Positions 20,914 through 30,769 are shown, counted from the first letter of the stretch. The stretch is 64,000 nt of DNA from a bacterium (GCA_963662285.2 CAXXMV010000008.1:640001-704000); one strand, 5' to 3'. The notes: generated by a model from the letters alone, not told the origin. Made by a program: numbers and translations.

Positions 20914-22409
20914 AGTCATTGCTCAATATATTCATGCTTATAAGTATAGTTTTATTGCTCTCATCATGTGTGACCGGGCCGGATTACATTCCTCCAAAAA
21001 TCATGGCGCCAGATCGGTTTGTCTCACATGGTGTGTTCCAAAATCTAACCACGCGTTCCACTCTTGATCAAATAAGTCAAGCCAATGATTCTCCAACCAA
21101 TTGGTGGAAAGGCTTCTCTGATTCAAGCCTTGATCAATTAGTACAAGAAGCGTTGTATCAAAACTATTCTATCGCGATTGAGGAAGCTAGGTTGAATGAC
21201 GCTGAAGCGCAAATACGCCGTGTTGCATCGCGCTATAAAATTCATACCAATGCTTCATTAGATACTGGAATCGATCAGCGTAATGAATTTGGAAATGATA
21301 GTGATTCTTCAACCAGCGGTGGAATTTCCGGCGCCTTATCACTCGCCTTGCCGCTCGACATTTTCGGTCAGAACAAACGCGAAGTCGAAGCCGCTATTGC
21401 AGAATTAGAAAGCGCCAGCGCTGCTCTACGCGGCGCCGTTCTTCGCGTAAGCAGCGATATTGCTATTGCATATCTTCGGCTGCGGGGTAATCAACGCCAG
21501 TTAACGCTATTAAATGGCTCGGTTGCCTTGCAAGAAAAGACGCTGGCTATTGTGAAGAGCCGTTTTGATGCGGGATTGGCCCCGGAACTGGACTTGCGCC
21601 GCGCCGAGTCTGCCGTCGAAACTTTGCGCGCCGAAATTCCTTCTCTTCAGGAATCACTGATAAATTCCCGTAACAAAATCTCAATCCTGGCTGGCCGATA
21701 TCCTGGAGCGCATAACCAGATACTCAAAGAAGAAAAAGATATCCCCTCTTATAATTCTACTATTAAAGATGTTCTCCCAATTGACGTATTGACCATCCGA
21801 CCGGATGTTCAACAGGCCGAAGCTGAACTCAAAAGCGCCATAGCTCAAATCGGAGTGGAAATGGCTGAATGGTATCCTGCTTTTCAGATCGGCAAGCAGC
21901 TTAGCCTTGGCGGCGTGAGTAGTAGTGGAGAACCAACCGTTGGCATCTTTATTGCCGGACTCAGCGCACTGATACAGCAAGTTGTCACTGATGGCGGCGC
22001 CCGTCAAGCCAGCTTAGACAGCGCCAGAGCACGCGCTGAAGAAGCGTTGGCCAGATATCATCAATCATTACTCAACGCCGTTCTTGAAGTCGAAACATCA
22101 TTAGCTGCATTGCAATCAGCGCTTGATCGTCAAATCCCGCTTTCAAAATCCGTAGACTCCAGCACCCGCAGCGCCTTTCAGGCGGAGGTTTTGTACCGTC
22201 AGGGATTGGCCAGTTTTCTGGATGTTGTAGACGCCCAGCGCGTTCTTGCGTCAGCCCAGCAAAGACTTGCTTCCACTCGAACCGCTTATGCTGTTGAAGT
22301 GGCGAATTTGTTCCGTGTATTAGGAACTCCAGTCAATCTTGCAAAGAATAGACCAAACAACGCATCTTCGTTGAGCGAATTATACGGCGCCGATAATCTA
22401 TCTAAATGA
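20910..22409 (+). CDS. RND outer-membrane factor lipoprotein (NodT/OprM family)
   Basis: Lipobox LLSSC, GPDY, WWKGFSD..LDQLV..AL, RPDVQQAE and YRQGLASFLDVVDAQR motifs. Confidence 0.92.
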   Translation: MKSLLNIFMLISIVLLLSSCVTGPDYIPPKIMAPDRFVSHGVFQNLTTRSTLDQISQANDSPTNWWKGFSDSSLDQLVQEALYQNYSIAIEEARLNDAEAQIRRVASRYKIHTNASLDTGIDQRNEFGNDSDSSTSGGISGALSLALPLDIFGQNKREVEAAIAELESASAALRGAVLRVSSDIAIAYLRLRGNQRQLTLLNGSVALQEKTLAIVKSRFDAGLAPELDLRRAESAVETLRAEIPSLQESLINSRNKISILAGRYPGAHNQILKEEKDIPSYNSTIKDVLPIDVLTIRPDVQQAEAELKSAIAQIGVEMAEWYPAFQIGKQLSLGGVSSSGEPTVGIFIAGLSALIQQVVTDGGARQASLDSARARAEEALARYHQSLLNAVLEVETSLAALQSALDRQIPLSKSVDSSTRSAFQAEVLYRQGLASFLDVVDAQRVLASAQQRLASTRTAYAVEVANLFRVLGTPVNLAKNRPNNASSLSELYGADNLSK

Positions 22410-22611
22410 ACTCGTTATAAACGGTGTTATGAAAACCCCTTTAACTACATTTCCTCATTTGTGTCGGCTTATCTACTTATAAATACATACTTGATCCCTA
22501 ATTGTTTTTTAACTTGACATTAATTGTCCTTTCATGATTGAATTGAATTTAAGCATGAGAAGCAACAATGTTTTCATCATTATCACATTAGATTCCAAAA
22601 GGAGAAACAAT

Positions 22612-23295
22612 ATGAAAAAAGTATTCGCAGTGACAATAGCATTGATGTTTAGTAGTATTGTTTGTATGGGACAACCTGTTGGGATTTTTACTGATCAAGC
22701 TAGCGTCGGTGATGACAATTTTTTCGGATATGTCACTTATGAAAATGATGCTTACGAGATTGAAGGAAGCGGCAACGACATTTGGGACGTCCCGGATGGC
22801 TTTTTCTGGGTTTATAAAGAAATTACTGGTGATTTCACTGCGACGGCCACTGTTGAATGGTTAACCGGAGTAGATGAAGGTGATACATGGAAAAAGGCGG
22901 GGATTATTGCGCGTAATACAGCGGATGACCCATTGAGAACCGATGGCGAATATGCTTGTTCAGCATTGATCAAAGGTAATTTTAGTAACTTTTTTGTAAG
23001 GCCATTACCCGATGAGGGGGAGGAAGACACAGTTGACGGCTCCGGTCAGGATATTAGCGCTTACACAATTACGATCCAACTAAAACGTGTGGGTGATGTT
23101 TTTAGTATGCTTCGCGGCTTGGTTGCCGGAGGGTTTGAAGAACTCGGTTCTATAGAAATCGATATGCTAGATACCGTTGTGGTTGGTCTTTGTGTTACCT
23201 CACATAATACAAGCACTATCGAAATTGCTAATTTCACCGATGTGAGTATTGACCAAACAACTACGTCCATACTTGATTTTGCTTTATACGAATAA
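22612..23295 (+). CDS. Secreted concanavalin-like/DUF1349-like beta-sandwich protein
   Basis: RBS AAAGGAG before MKKVFAV signal peptide. GSGNDIW..PDGF.WVY..ITGDF, WKKAGIIAR, LKRVGDVF and VGLCVTSH motifs. Confidence 0.7.
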   Translation: MKKVFAVTIALMFSSIVCMGQPVGIFTDQASVGDDNFFGYVTYENDAYEIEGSGNDIWDVPDGFFWVYKEITGDFTATATVEWLTGVDEGDTWKKAGIIARNTADDPLRTDGEYACSALIKGNFSNFFVRPLPDEGEEDTVDGSGQDISAYTITIQLKRVGDVFSMLRGLVAGGFEELGSIEIDMLDTVVVGLCVTSHNTSTIEIANFTDVSIDQTTTSILDFALYE

Positions 23296-23378
23296 TCAAA
23301 TCTAAAAAAGTTTTTCGCTATTTGGCGTGTATAAAACTCTAAAATATTGCTTGCTCATGGTCTATATATTATATACCA

Positions 23379-23410
23379 CGCCCGTCGTCACTTTGAGTGA
23401 ACGACGGGCG
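23379..23410. terminator. GC-rich hairpin between convergent genes, probably a bidirectional terminator
   Basis: CGCCCGTCGT-CACTTTGAGTGA-ACGACGGGCG inverted repeat. Confidence 0.7.
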
Positions 23411-23482
23411 GTTCTGTCGTAGAGGATAAAAGATCGCTATCGAGTTCTGGATCGGCGAAGTTGAAAAATTGAATTAGAGCAT

Positions 23483-24385
23483 TTAGTGATAGAGAGAAAA
23501 ATGATTTACACTAGAGACTTCTTCATATTCCATCACGAGACGGAAACCGATTTCGACATATTGAATATCAGGAGTGCAGAAATCGCAACGCCGGTCCGCT
23601 GATCGTAAACCTTGAGCATACCCGGTAGAGCCGCCACCGCGTACTACACGCGCCGTACCGGTTTCAGGACCGATGGGGTCCACTTGAGGATCCCGTTCCT
23701 GGGGCCATTCCCACCAATCCTGACACCATTCCCACAAATTGCCATGTATGTCATAAAGCCCCCATGGATTGGGTAACTTTTCTCCGACTGGGTGGGGAGT
23801 TTTATCTTCCACAAAGTTACCACCCCACCACATATACATGTCGTGAATCTCGCTATACTCTTTTAGTAAATTTGTTTCCAGAACATCTCCATGCGAAAAT
23901 CTCGTTGTGGTTCCAGCGCGGCAGGCATATTCCCATTCCGCTTCCGTTGGCATCCGAAATTTTCCAAGCCCCATTTCATTGATCTTTTCGATAAATATCT
24001 GGCAATCATTCCAACTTACGTTATTGACAGGGATGTTTTTGCCTTTTCTACTCGCCGGATTCGATCCCATTACGGCCTTCCATTGTTCTTGCGTCACTTC
24101 ATATACGCCGAAATAAAACGGTTGCGAAATCGTAACCTGGTGCAACGGCCAATCCATATTCATCCCAGGCCCATTTGTAATAAAGTTACGTTCTTCTTCC
24201 GATGATCCCATTGTGAACGCGCCCGCCGGAATAAGCGTCATCTCTAATGGTTTTACATCCTCAACCAAACCGGGAATTTCTACCATAATGGTTGCTAACT
24301 CAGGTTCTTCCTGTGAAAAAGCATCATCAGACATTCCGAAGCAAAGCAACAAGCCGATCAAAAACAGTCTAATCACATTCATCAT
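23483..24385 (-). CDS. Secreted formylglycine-generating enzyme (SUMF1/FGE-sulfatase) family protein
   Basis: IPAGAFTMGS, YEVTQEQW, PVNNVSWND, RMPTEAEWEYACRAG, NPWGLYDIHGNLWEWC and GFRL motifs. RBS AAGGAG before the MMNVIR signal peptide. Confidence 0.88.
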   Translation of the reverse strand: MMNVIRLFLIGLLLCFGMSDDAFSQEEPELATIMVEIPGLVEDVKPLEMTLIPAGAFTMGSSEEERNFITNGPGMNMDWPLHQVTISQPFYFGVYEVTQEQWKAVMGSNPASRKGKNIPVNNVSWNDCQIFIEKINEMGLGKFRMPTEAEWEYACRAGTTTRFSHGDVLETNLLKEYSEIHDMYMWWGGNFVEDKTPHPVGEKLPNPWGLYDIHGNLWEWCQDWWEWPQERDPQVDPIGPETGTARVVRGGGSTGYAQGLRSADRRCDFCTPDIQYVEIGFRLVMEYEEVSSVNHFSLYH

Positions 24386-24410
24386 ACATCTCCTTTTCCT
24401 ATATTTTATT

Positions 24411-24809
24411 TTACAATTCAGAAATCGTTGCGCTTTCAAACCATTCATCCCGCATGACTGTTTCCAATGCGGTCATTAATTCCTGATCCAGATGATTCTT
24501 AAGCAGGTAACCGGAAGCTCCGGCTTGCCTGGACAGATCAACGAAAGCTGAATCGGTATGCACGGTGAGGATAATAATCTTACAATCCGGCAAATGCTGG
24601 TGGATTGCGCGCGTCGCTTCAATGCCGTTCAGTCCGGGCATGGAAATATCCATCAAAACCAAAACTGGTTGGAATTGTTCCGCCATTACAATCGCTTCCC
24701 GGCCATTTACCCCTTCCCTGATTTCAACAGGGCCTAGCATTTCTTCCAGTAAGGAGCGCACATAGTTCCGGAAATCCGCGACATCATCGACCAACAATAT
24801 TTTCATCAT
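24411..24809 (-). CDS. Stand-alone response regulator receiver (NarL-type receiver, no DNA-binding domain)
   Basis: KILLVDD, LMDISMPGLNG, IIILT and GYLLK motifs; the ORF ends straight after the receiver. Confidence 0.85.
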   Translation of the reverse strand: MMKILLVDDVADFRNYVRSLLEEMLGPVEIREGVNGREAIVMAEQFQPVLVLMDISMPGLNGIEATRAIHQHLPDCKIIILTVHTDSAFVDLSRQAGASGYLLKNHLDQELMTALETVMRDEWFESATISEL

Positions 24810-24920
24810 CCGTTCATATCCATGTCCTGTATGAATTATCATTGTACGATAAACAGATATGCTGTATATTCTGAATTTCATGGAAATTAAAATCGGTTAG
24901 TCAGTGGATCAGATATCCAG

Positions 24921-24956
24921 AAAAGTAGGGAGAGGCCTTAGTTAAAAGTAGGGAGA
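24921..24956. repeat. 13-bp direct repeat, putative regulator binding site
   Basis: AAAAGTAGGGAGA at 24921-24933 and again at 24944-24956. Confidence 0.6.
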
Positions 24957-24958
24957 AA

Positions 24959-25609
24959 TCAGGACTCGATTGACGTCAATCCATGCCGAATGGCGTATTT
25001 GGTGAGCTCGGCGATGGTATGAATATCCAGTTTCTTCATGATATTCTGCCGATGCGTCTCGATAGTGCTATCACTGACGCAAAGAAAAGAGGCTGCTTCT
25101 TTGGTTGATTTACCTTCGGCGATTTGTCGTAAAACATCTCGTTCCCGTGGGGTCAGTGGATTCGGCGAACGATCCAGGTGGGAAGGATCCTTTTGCATGA
25201 ATTTGAACACGGAATCCACGACGGATGGAGAGAGATAGGTTCGGTTTTTAATTACCGTCTGGATGGCTTCGATGAGTTCGTCGATCTCACAACTTTTAGG
25301 CAGATATCCCGACGCCCCCGCCTCGATCATCCGCGCCACCAATTCGCTATCCGTGTGAACAGACAACGCCAACACTTTAACCTCAGGCGAAAGCGTCTTG
25401 ATCTGTCGGGTCGCCTCTATTCCGGTCATATTGGGCATACTGATATCCATGACGATGACATCAATATCCTGTTGCTGAATCAAATCCAGAGCTTCACGTC
25501 CATCGCTTGCTACCGCAACCACTTCGAAATCAGAATGGTTCTCCAACAGGGCGCGAATTCCATCACGGATTACGACATGATCATCTGCCAATAAAATTCG
25601 TACTTTCAC
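24959..25609 (-). CDS. NarL/FixJ (LuxR-HTH) family response regulator
   Basis: ILLADDH receiver, MDISMP, and LTPRERDVL...GKSTKE...TIETHRQNIMKKL HTH. Confidence 0.95.
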   Translation of the reverse strand: MKVRILLADDHVVIRDGIRALLENHSDFEVVAVASDGREALDLIQQQDIDVIVMDISMPNMTGIEATRQIKTLSPEVKVLALSVHTDSELVARMIEAGASGYLPKSCEIDELIEAIQTVIKNRTYLSPSVVDSVFKFMQKDPSHLDRSPNPLTPRERDVLRQIAEGKSTKEAASFLCVSDSTIETHRQNIMKKLDIHTIAELTKYAIRHGLTSIES

Positions 25610-25645
25610 GTAAAATCTTCTCCCTTGCGTCTAAAGATGATTGTT

Positions 25646-28600
25646 TCACTGCAATGGAATTGTCAAACGCACAATCGTTCCTTGATTTGGGATTGATTGA
25701 ATATCTAACTCACCACCCATTCGAGTGGCTCGTTCCCGTAAACCGAATAGTCCATAACCGCCTTGATCCGACATACGGTTAGTAGTTTTCTGCAATATCA
25801 ATCCGATTCCGTCGTCGCTGACTTGAATCTGGATTGTATCTTTATCCAACATCAATGAAACATCTACATGCGAGGCCTGTGCGTGTTTAGTAATATTCAT
25901 TAATAATTCCCGCGTTGCGCGAAATAGAAAGTATCGAAGTTCTTCCGCTAACGACTCTGATCCGCCCGATTCCTGGAAGTCGACTACAAACCCATGATGT
26001 CCCTGAAATTCTTCTGCCAATTGCGCGATGGCCGGCCCAAGTCCGGCTTGATAAAGGAGAGGCGGGCACAGTTGATAGGTGAGATCGCGAGTGGATTGGA
26101 GAGTTTGATCGAGACGTTTTCGGATCCGGGACGCTTGATCCTTGATTTCTTCCACAGCTTTTACTTTTGCTAACGAGGATAGTTCCAACATCGATAGAGC
26201 GAGCGATTGGCTAAGGCTGTCATGCAGATCCGATGCTAATTTACGCCGCTCACGTTCTTCGATCAAAAACAGTTCTGAGGTCAAGGCTTGCAATTTCTCG
26301 CGATGGCTGAGTAACTGTTCGTTTGCATTGGCCAAATGTTCCGTTCGTTCTGCAACCAATCGGGCTAAATTGAAATACTTTGATCCCAGAAGAATCAGCA
26401 AGACTATGATAATAATCAAAGCCAACGTCATAATCAGAATGAAGACCGGTTCTTTATACCAGGGCGCCAATACCTCAAATTCCCAGACCGCTGGTATTGC
26501 GGCTTGATTGTAATTCACATCTATGGCTGTGACTTTTAGCTGATGATTCCCCGTTTCCAGTTTTGGAAATACTGAGAATGCATTATAGGAGTAAGACGAC
26601 CAATCTCCATCATCCAAACAATATGAGTATTGCAGTTTATCTTTATCCGTGTATTTCCAGCGGTCTTCAGCAGTAAAAATAATACGGACATTAACATGGG
26701 GCAAAAATTTCTGATTATTCTCATCTTCCGGGATATTGATGATCGGTGGATCGATATCGGCTTCTGGACAAAAAAGCCGGTCGCCAGTTCGCGTGTTCGC
26801 CCAGATACGTTGTTGGTGATCCTCAAAGATAGACAGATATGTTGAAGATGGAAGCCCCTCTTTATAATTGTGATACGTCCATATCCCATCCTTCCAGCGA
26901 TAGATGCGCTTTCGCGCTACAGCCCAAATGTCGCCGTCATGACTTTCCAGCAGTTGGGTGATGCCGACATCCTCATTGCAATCCAGTTTTTTACGCCATT
27001 GCCCATTATCATATTCAAATACAGCATATCCGAAACCGGCCCAAATGGTTCCATCCGATAGTTCTAAAAATGCGCTTCCTGGACTGTCCGGTTTATATTT
27101 CACCGGAGGTTCAATCGTTTGATAATGTCCACCTCGTATAATTCCAAAAGGACCGCGATAAACATTCAATAACCAGATGTCACCTGCACTGGTATAAAAC
27201 ACACGAGTTCTTTCATCCAGACCGGGTATCGCATTCCCATTAGCGATAAGTCGGTATGTATTACCGTCATATTGCTCAACCGAAAGCAGGTTGGTTTGAT
27301 TATCTTTACAGATAAAATAAATGGTTTGATTCGGTCCGGGGAATCCATTCAATAAACTCTTACCAAAGTGTGTAACCGATTCGATGAGATCGGCGGATGC
27401 ATCATACACGATCAGTTGATTCAGTTTCGGATCATACCCATTCTTATAGATATAAAGAACCGTGCGTCCATCTGCCAAGGGATGACATTGTAAATCGATA
27501 TTAATGTTTTCAAGATCCTCGATCTGATCCACCGTTTTCCGATCATATCTATGAATCTCATTCTCTTGTTCACGAATCAATTGTCCGGGTCTCGCCAGCC
27601 AAAGATTACCGTTTCCATCGGTGCCCAATACTTTGTCAGAAATTTGGAAATGGGGATTCACTTTCGTCGGAGGTTGCCATAAGACCGGCGCATGACGAAT
27701 CAAACCACCGGTAGAGCCATATAATGCAATATCATCTTTGCTAAAAACAGAATGTACAAAGGCCAAACCTAATATGTCGTTTCCTTCGATTGTTTGGACA
27801 TCTTCTCCTGGTTCCTGCATATAAATCAATCCAGTAAGCTCTCCGGTTATCCAAATTCGTCCTAGAGAATCTGCCCAGCCGTTGCGGAATTGAAAAGGAT
27901 AATTTTGAGTTAGTTTTTCCCAGCCCTCACCATTAAATCGCATCAGAAAAGAGAAAGTTAATCCGGCGCCTTGCTCATCTACTCGTACATAGATTTCTTG
28001 ATCGGTTAGAACAATCGGATACCGTTGAATTTTTCTATGATCCGCTCCGGGAAGTGGATATTCTCTCCATGTCCACTCGCCTTGCGCATTTCGAGTGAAT
28101 CGAAAAATCCCTTGATCCCCGATTCCCCAAAAAACGCCTTTAGTTGATCCTTTATTGATCGACTGAAAGAATTCATGGGAAGTTTCTTCTCTTAGAAGGA
28201 TATCTTGAGATTTTCCGGTATCGAGATCATACGAAAAAAATTTCTCCTGGTTGGTCATAATCAGAAGATCTGATTCATAAAACTCAAAGCAATCCGTATC
28301 CCATATGGCTTTTCCCTGCAAATCCGCTATCGGAAATTTTTGCCATTGTTTCTTCGCAGGATCATACATAATCATCCCAAAATAATCAGGAGGCATGATT
28401 TGCGATTGATCGTTGTAGACCGACCAGATGCGTCCCTGTTTATCTTGTTGAATCTCGCCTAAGCGCGAATCCACAGGGATTGTTTTTATTTCATAGCCAT
28501 CATAGATAAAAACAGTCTCATGGTTGTGAATCAGAATGTCTCCTTCTGGCGTGAAATTCACTGTGAATGGCAATGGAATCTCTGGAAAATAACTCCAGAC

Positions 28601-28681
28601 GCCTGGATGCTGGGCGTGAGAAATTGGCGTCATAACGATCAGGATCGTGAATAGGAACGTGTATTTGATAACCGTTTTCAT
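25646..28681 (-). CDS. Sensor histidine kinase: periplasmic beta-propeller plus Y_Y_Y-like domain, TM segment, HisKA_3 and HATPase
   Basis: Signal peptide, repeated D..G.IW blades, YSYCLDDGDWS, PWY-TM, EERERRKLASDLHD H-box, DDGIG and GYGLFGLRER. Confidence 0.9.
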   Translation of the reverse strand: MKTVIKYTFLFTILIVMTPISHAQHPGVWSYFPEIPLPFTVNFTPEGDILIHNHETVFIYDGYEIKTIPVDSRLGEIQQDKQGRIWSVYNDQSQIMPPDYFGMIMYDPAKKQWQKFPIADLQGKAIWDTDCFEFYESDLLIMTNQEKFFSYDLDTGKSQDILLREETSHEFFQSINKGSTKGVFWGIGDQGIFRFTRNAQGEWTWREYPLPGADHRKIQRYPIVLTDQEIYVRVDEQGAGLTFSFLMRFNGEGWEKLTQNYPFQFRNGWADSLGRIWITGELTGLIYMQEPGEDVQTIEGNDILGLAFVHSVFSKDDIALYGSTGGLIRHAPVLWQPPTKVNPHFQISDKVLGTDGNGNLWLARPGQLIREQENEIHRYDRKTVDQIEDLENINIDLQCHPLADGRTVLYIYKNGYDPKLNQLIVYDASADLIESVTHFGKSLLNGFPGPNQTIYFICKDNQTNLLSVEQYDGNTYRLIANGNAIPGLDERTRVFYTSAGDIWLLNVYRGPFGIIRGGHYQTIEPPVKYKPDSPGSAFLELSDGTIWAGFGYAVFEYDNGQWRKKLDCNEDVGITQLLESHDGDIWAVARKRIYRWKDGIWTYHNYKEGLPSSTYLSIFEDHQQRIWANTRTGDRLFCPEADIDPPIINIPEDENNQKFLPHVNVRIIFTAEDRWKYTDKDKLQYSYCLDDGDWSSYSYNAFSVFPKLETGNHQLKVTAIDVNYNQAAIPAVWEFEVLAPWYKEPVFILIMTLALIIIIVLLILLGSKYFNLARLVAERTEHLANANEQLLSHREKLQALTSELFLIEERERRKLASDLHDSLSQSLALSMLELSSLAKVKAVEEIKDQASRIRKRLDQTLQSTRDLTYQLCPPLLYQAGLGPAIAQLAEEFQGHHGFVVDFQESGGSESLAEELRYFLFRATRELLMNITKHAQASHVDVSLMLDKDTIQIQVSDDGIGLILQKTTNRMSDQGGYGLFGLRERATRMGGELDIQSIPNQGTIVRLTIPLQ

Positions 28682-29146
28682 CAATCAATTACTCATCTGA
28701 AAAAATAAAAATTAGAATGTTTAAAACCAGCCCGGTCATAATCCCTTCTTTTTATATCGTTGTATTATGATGGTTTTGAATTAATTATATACGGATGGAA
28801 GGAGATACAGTCGACTCACCAAAAAAGAAGGGGGTGATGAGTCGGCATAAAAGAAAGCCGAATCAGAAATAGGTATTTTGTCAACTCATATGAAAACTTG
28901 AATTTTGGCTATCTGTAATCGTAAATATTAAAAAATGAATATTTGTGTAATCCAAATCATGAATATTTTTCAGGAGACCATAATTCTATTAACTATAAAA
29001 TATTATTATCGTTTTTCATATTAAAATTAATTCAATGTTCGCGCAAGCATAAATAACTAATTGTTAAGCATTTAACGATGATTCTACCATTAGATAATCC
29101 TCTTTCATTCACACAAAATATATTATATAAATAAATAAACAAATAA

Positions 29147-29162
29147 TGGCATTTTAATTGCA
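29147..29162 (+). promoter_or_regulatory. Sigma54 (-24/-12) promoter candidate
   Basis: TGGCATTTTAATTGCA has exact GG-N10-GC spacing. It lies in an AT-rich intergenic region about 135 nt upstream of the ATG at 29298. Confidence 0.72.
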
Positions 29163-29280
29163 TTATCAAGGATAAATTGTAATTACTTATAAGGTGATTT
29201 TGTTAATTTAGATTGGATATGGTTATAAAAAATAGTTTTTGATAACTTTTTATCGTTTCTTCATCTATGTGAATAGAATA

Positions 29281-29291
29281 GGGGGGGGGGG
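29281..29291 (+). repeat. G11 homopolymer tract at the RBS position
   Basis: GGGGGGGGGGG-AAAAAA-ATG immediately before 29298. Confidence 0.9.
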
Positions 29292-29297
29292 AAAAAA

Positions 29298-30434
29298 ATG
29301 AAGAAAATTTATCTGAATAATGCTGCAAGTGGATGGCCTAAGGCTGAGGGAGTTTTAGAGTCCGTAAGCCAATCCTTGCAAACTCCCCCCTATCATCCAG
29401 GACGCGTTGCTTCAAAAGAAAACGACTTTTTGAATGAATGCAGGCTTGGTATTGCATCATTAGTAGAAATAGAAGATTCTTCCCGGATCATCCTTACTAA
29501 CCATGCTACACATGCTTTGAACCTCGCCATACAAGGTATTGGCTTGAACAATCAATCTCACGTTATCACAACGGTTACTGAACATAACTCAGTTCTTCGT
29601 CCATTACAACACATTAAACAGCGCTGCCCGGATTTACAAATAACAGTGATTGGTTTAGATTCCTCCGGTTCAATCGACGAAGAAGCGTTCACCCGGTCCT
29701 TAACATGCAACCCCAGCCTTGTTGTGATTAACCATTCATCCAATGTGACAGGCCGGATTAACAATGTAGCAAATTTTTTTCATAAAGCCCAAAAAGCCGG
29801 CGCCATTACACTTCTGGACGCCGCTCAAACATTCGGGTGCATTCCCGTCCCGGCAGAAAAACTCCATGCCGACATGATCGCTTTTACCGGACATAAAGGA
29901 CTCCACGGTCCCACAGGAACGGGCGGTCTATATGTTCGTCATGGTCTTGATTTAGAGCAAATTTATGTTGGAGGAACGGGCGTCCGGAGCGATTTGATGT
30001 TGCATCCAACCGATATGCCCATCCGGTTGGAAGCGGGGACGCCCAATTTTCAAGGTTTTTCCGGCTTGGCGGCGTCCCTGAAATGGAACAAAAACCATGG
30101 AGACGAGTTTTCTCAAAAAGCCAACCGCCACGCCAATACTTTGCGAAGCCGCCTGGCGGAAATACCGAAAGTAACCTTATTTGATTCACAAAATAACTGT
30201 GAGCGGACAGCAGTGGTTTCCTTTCGTATCCAGGGATGGGAAGTCGAAGAATTAGGATATGTGCTGGCTGAAAGTTTCGACATTATTTGCCGGTCCGGTT
30301 TACATTGCGCACCATTGATTCACAACAGTATACAAAGCGCTCCGGAAGGAACCATCCGGTTCAGCCCTTCTGGTTTCACAACAGACGAAGAGATAGAAAA
30401 ATCAATTCAAGCCGTGGTAAAAATTGCATCATGA
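29298..30434 (+). CDS. Class V aminotransferase, cysteine desulfurase-like (group II)
   Basis: IYLNNAAS, TEHNSVLRPL, HSSNVTG, DAAQT, TGHKGLHGP (PLP Lys), EAGTPN and RSGLHCAP (catalytic Cys). Confidence 0.9.
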   Translation: MKKIYLNNAASGWPKAEGVLESVSQSLQTPPYHPGRVASKENDFLNECRLGIASLVEIEDSSRIILTNHATHALNLAIQGIGLNNQSHVITTVTEHNSVLRPLQHIKQRCPDLQITVIGLDSSGSIDEEAFTRSLTCNPSLVVINHSSNVTGRINNVANFFHKAQKAGAITLLDAAQTFGCIPVPAEKLHADMIAFTGHKGLHGPTGTGGLYVRHGLDLEQIYVGGTGVRSDLMLHPTDMPIRLEAGTPNFQGFSGLAASLKWNKNHGDEFSQKANRHANTLRSRLAEIPKVTLFDSQNNCERTAVVSFRIQGWEVEELGYVLAESFDIICRSGLHCAPLIHNSIQSAPEGTIRFSPSGFTTDEEIEKSIQAVVKIAS

Positions 30435-30739
30435 AAATCAAAGAGATCAACAAAATAGAAGATTGCTTCGATGGAAGTTCCGTTTTTGGATACATCTTTG
30501 ATGAAGAATGGACCAAGGCACAAATTCACCGCCTCCATTCGTTAGGAATCCTGGAGTATTTCTCCGATTTCCCGCGTCCTTTTTTTCGAGTGCGCAGCGA
30601 AGGCGGAGCACAAATAAAAGGTGTTGAAGGAGAGAAAAATTGCCGGGCAATTTTCCCGAAACGAAGAAAGGAGGATATTAAATCGGCTTTCGAAAAAATG
30701 TTTCAAGATGACATTATTACCAATAATCCAAGCAGATAA
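30431..30739 (+). CDS. Small hypothetical protein (102 aa), translationally coupled to the desulfurase
   Basis: The ATG at 30431 overlaps the desulfurase TGA (ATGA). Sequence MKIKEINKIEDCFDGSS...DFPRPFFR... Confidence 0.75.
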   Translation: MKIKEINKIEDCFDGSSVFGYIFDEEWTKAQIHRLHSLGILEYFSDFPRPFFRVRSEGGAQIKGVEGEKNCRAIFPKRRKEDIKSAFEKMFQDDIITNNPSR

Positions 30740-30769
30740 TTAAACATTACATAATATAGGAGTTAAAAC

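Noticed and set aside
28810-28846. Imperfect hairpin GACTCACC...GGTGATGAGTC upstream of the sensor kinase
   Set aside because: Single copy with a bulged stem, and no riboswitch or terminator features I can recognise.
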